From assembly GCA_963665275.2 (NCBI GenBank), contig CAXXIN010000014.1, positions 32,001-96,000 on the forward strand: a stretch of 64,000 bases of DNA, in the 5' to 3' direction. Source of the DNA: Negativicutes bacterium. GTDB taxonomy: Bacteria > Bacillota > Negativicutes > UBA1444. The position numbers and the translations under genes were made by a program. The notes under the pieces are model-generated. The model ran no database searches. It saw only the letters and a program-made list of their open reading frames with translations, and had not been told where the DNA came from. Of the stretch, positions 62,121 through 64,000 are shown piece by piece (position 1 is the stretch's first letter; each line of letters starts with the position of its first letter).

Positions 62121-62195
62121 GCGGGCGTAGCTCAGTGGTAGAGTACCGGCTTCCCAAGCCGTGGGTCGCGAGTTCGAATCTCGTTGCCCGCTCCA
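62121..62195 (+). tRNA. tRNA-Gly(CCC)
   Basis: GCGGGCG..TGCCCGC-T-CCA; anticodon loop TT-CCC-AA; TTCGAAT T-loop. Confidence 0.92.
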
Positions 62196-62401
62196 GTAAA
62201 TTAGAGCGATTTGACAATGGGTGCAACCAAGGCGATGGTCGAATGGGGGCAATGTGGGTGCGATCGCTAAAAATTAAGGCCAGTTTTCCTTTGCGGAAGA
62301 CTGGCCTTTGTAATGCATATAAGGATGTTTGAAAAAATGAAGGTATTTGTTTTCATTGCAATGAAGATAAGTTCAATGTAACGAAAATTAAAGTAAATCC
62401 C

Positions 62402-62671
62402 TTACTTAAACGAAATATGCACTTCTTTACCCAGCCCAGCTGCCACTCGCTTAAGAAATTTCAAGCTGGGGTTATAATTTCCGGATTCCAGGCGGCTGAT
62501 GTGAGCCTGATTGATTCCGGTTCGTCGGGCAAGTTCTTGTTGAGAAAGGTTCAATTCACTACGCCCGTCGATCATAGCGCGAATGATTTCATACTCCGGC
62601 TCCAGATCATCATAAGCCTTCTTGAATTCCGCATCTTGCATCAGTTGTTTTTTAAATTCATCAAAGTTCAT
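62402..62671 (-). CDS. XRE antitoxin (HigA-like)
   Basis: LSQQELARRTGINQAHISRLESG..NPSL; downstream of toxin. Confidence 0.88.
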   Translation of the reverse strand: MNFDEFKKQLMQDAEFKKAYDDLEPEYEIIRAMIDGRSELNLSQQELARRTGINQAHISRLESGNYNPSLKFLKRVAAGLGKEVHISFK

Positions 62672-63015
62672 TTCGATGACCTCCTTTCGTAGTCGGCTTT
62701 ATATCGAAGCGCTTTTTCTATTTCTCTGGTCGGTGTTTTCTGCGTTTTCTTCACAAATCCATGGACTAAGATAATAGTTTCGTCAACGAAGAAGAAGTAA
62801 AAAATACGGGCCGCATCACCGGAAGTCTGTATTCGAAGCTCAAACAATCCTTCTTGAATGTGTTTTGAATAAGGCTCTCGTGGCTGATATCCGCGCTCCG
62901 CCAGAATATCAATATCGCGAACAGCTTTTGCTTTCAGGCTTTGTGGAAGATCTAGGATAAATTCGGCTACGGGTCGTTTTCCTGTCGGCGTTTCATAGAA
63001 AACAAGATTGAACAT
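62668..63015 (-). CDS. RelE/HigB (Gp49-like) toxin
   Basis: PYSKHI..GLFELR, RIFYF, LVHGFVKKTQKTP..EIE.A. Confidence 0.9.
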   Translation of the reverse strand: MFNLVFYETPTGKRPVAEFILDLPQSLKAKAVRDIDILAERGYQPREPYSKHIQEGLFELRIQTSGDAARIFYFFFVDETIILVHGFVKKTQKTPTREIEKALRYKADYERRSSK

Positions 63016-63040
63016 ATCCCGCCTCCCATGCAAACTCATT

Positions 63041-63060
63041 TTATGTCATATATGATATAA
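63041..63060. promoter_or_regulatory. Toxin-antitoxin operator palindrome
   Basis: TTATGTCATATATGATATAA near-palindrome upstream of the toxin. Confidence 0.6.
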
Positions 63061-63095
63061 AGTCAACGAGGTGTGGGCACTAAAGGACCAGTCTG

Positions 63096-64000
63096 CTATT
63101 CGGCAGACTGGTCCTTTTCTATTTCAAACTTATATAGTTTGGCGACTTTTTGCGCCAATTTCACATCGTTGCCTGGAATAGCGTGCCCGTAAAGATCAAG
63201 AGTTGTGGAGGCTTTACTGTGCCCCAATCGTCGGGTGACCTCCATGATGTTTTCCCCACCAGCGAGAAGATCTGTTGCATGGGTGTGGCGAAGGGCATGA
63301 AACTTCTTGTGACGGGCAATAAGGGCTTCTTTTTGTTGGGCGAGTATGTTGGTATACTCTTCGGTATCTTTCTTGCCTTTTAACGCCTTACGCTGCGTTT
63401 CCAGTGCAATCCATTCCGGGTTGCAGTTGCGCTGCAATGAAGCAAACCATCGTTCGAAATTTTTAGGCTGGATAGGAGAACCGTTGGCGGCGGTAAAGCA
63501 TAGCTCTTGATCCATAGCTTTTTTGCGATAATTTTTGAGTATAATGGCCGTTTCTTTCGGAATGGGTATTCTTCGTTTGCTGGCCTTGGTTTTTGGTTGT
63601 TCAAAGATGATGCCTGTGCTTGCGTGCTGAAGTGTTTGCCGAATGTGGATGGTTTTCAATGCGAAATCCACATCTGACCACCGTAGCCCTAGGAGCTCTC
63701 CGAGTCTAGCCCCGGTATGTACGGCCAACAATAGAACTGGGTACCAACGATGAGGCTTTGCTTTTGCGAGTAGCGCCTCGATTTCAATCTTTGTAAATGT
63801 CGTTACTTCTTCTCGGACAACTTTAGGCACGGTTACAGCCTCTAGAGGATTGCTACCCAAAACACCGTCACGCATGGCTTGTCTCATCGCTGCATAGAGA
63901 AGATTATGCACTTTCTTTCTTGTTTCGCCAGAAAAATGGCCTAAATCGACATAAAGCGACTGAAAATGCGTTGGTTTCAAGTCCTGTAATTTGCATTCTG
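63096..64000 (-). CDS. Tyrosine integrase (5' end outside window)
   Basis: TGARLGE, FHALRH, LGHS...LDLYGH. Confidence 0.93.
   Translation of the reverse strand, partial: ECKLQDLKPTHFQSLYVDLGHFSGETRKKVHNLLYAAMRQAMRDGVLGSNPLEAVTVPKVVREEVTTFTKIEIEALLAKAKPHRWYPVLLLAVHTGARLGELLGLRWSDVDFALKTIHIRQTLQHASTGIIFEQPKTKASKRRIPIPKETAIILKNYRKKAMDQELCFTAANGSPIQPKNFERWFASLQRNCNPEWIALETQRKALKGKKDTEEYTNILAQQKEALIARHKKFHALRHTHATDLLAGGENIMEVTRRLGHSKASTTLDLYGHAIPGNDVKLAQKVAKLYKFEIEKDQSAE

Larger units (their letters stand above)
62196..64000. mobile_element. Probable left end of a second integrative element at tRNA-Gly
   Basis: Tyrosine integrase pointing toward the tRNA with a toxin-antitoxin pair between; other att not in window. 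Confidence 0.6.

Overview
Chromosomal window from a Negativicutes-like firmicute, probably Sporomusaceae-related (inferred from the ychF-rpsF-ssb-rpsR-yybS-gdpP-rplI-lonC-dnaB-purA gene order together with an RND pump). 1-19.5 kb is core genome: livHMGF, a selenocysteine-containing selD with yedF, the origin-proximal housekeeping cluster and a purB vestige before purA. A ~31.8 kb element is integrated in tRNA-Lys(CTT), bounded by 45-bp att repeats at 19570-19614 and 51335-51379. It carries int, a repressor, xis and a putative rep with an origin, a BRO antirepressor, an amidase-DUF1659-DUF2922-YvrJ module and two ankyrin membrane proteins. Its defence cargo is an expanded type I RM locus, two tandem CD-NTases with an S-4TM effector, an AlbA-type protein and an ABC-ATPase-methyltransferase fusion. 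No capsid, terminase, relaxase or T4SS genes are recognisable. The three best leads are: (i) a family of long, covarying GC-rich non-coding elements containing CTXphi-attP-like pairs of inverted dif-like sites, whose partial copies bracket cargo genes; (ii) an FRG protein inside the type I RM operon that ends in an HsdR-like C-terminal segment, next to a degenerate MTase-TRD fusion; (iii) the two-cyclase CBASS. 51.4-62.1 kb is core or accessory (mscS, HU, TetR-RND, AbrB). A second integrative element probably begins at tRNA-Gly(CCC), with a toxin-antitoxin pair and an integrase. All family assignments come from motif recognition by eye, not database searches.
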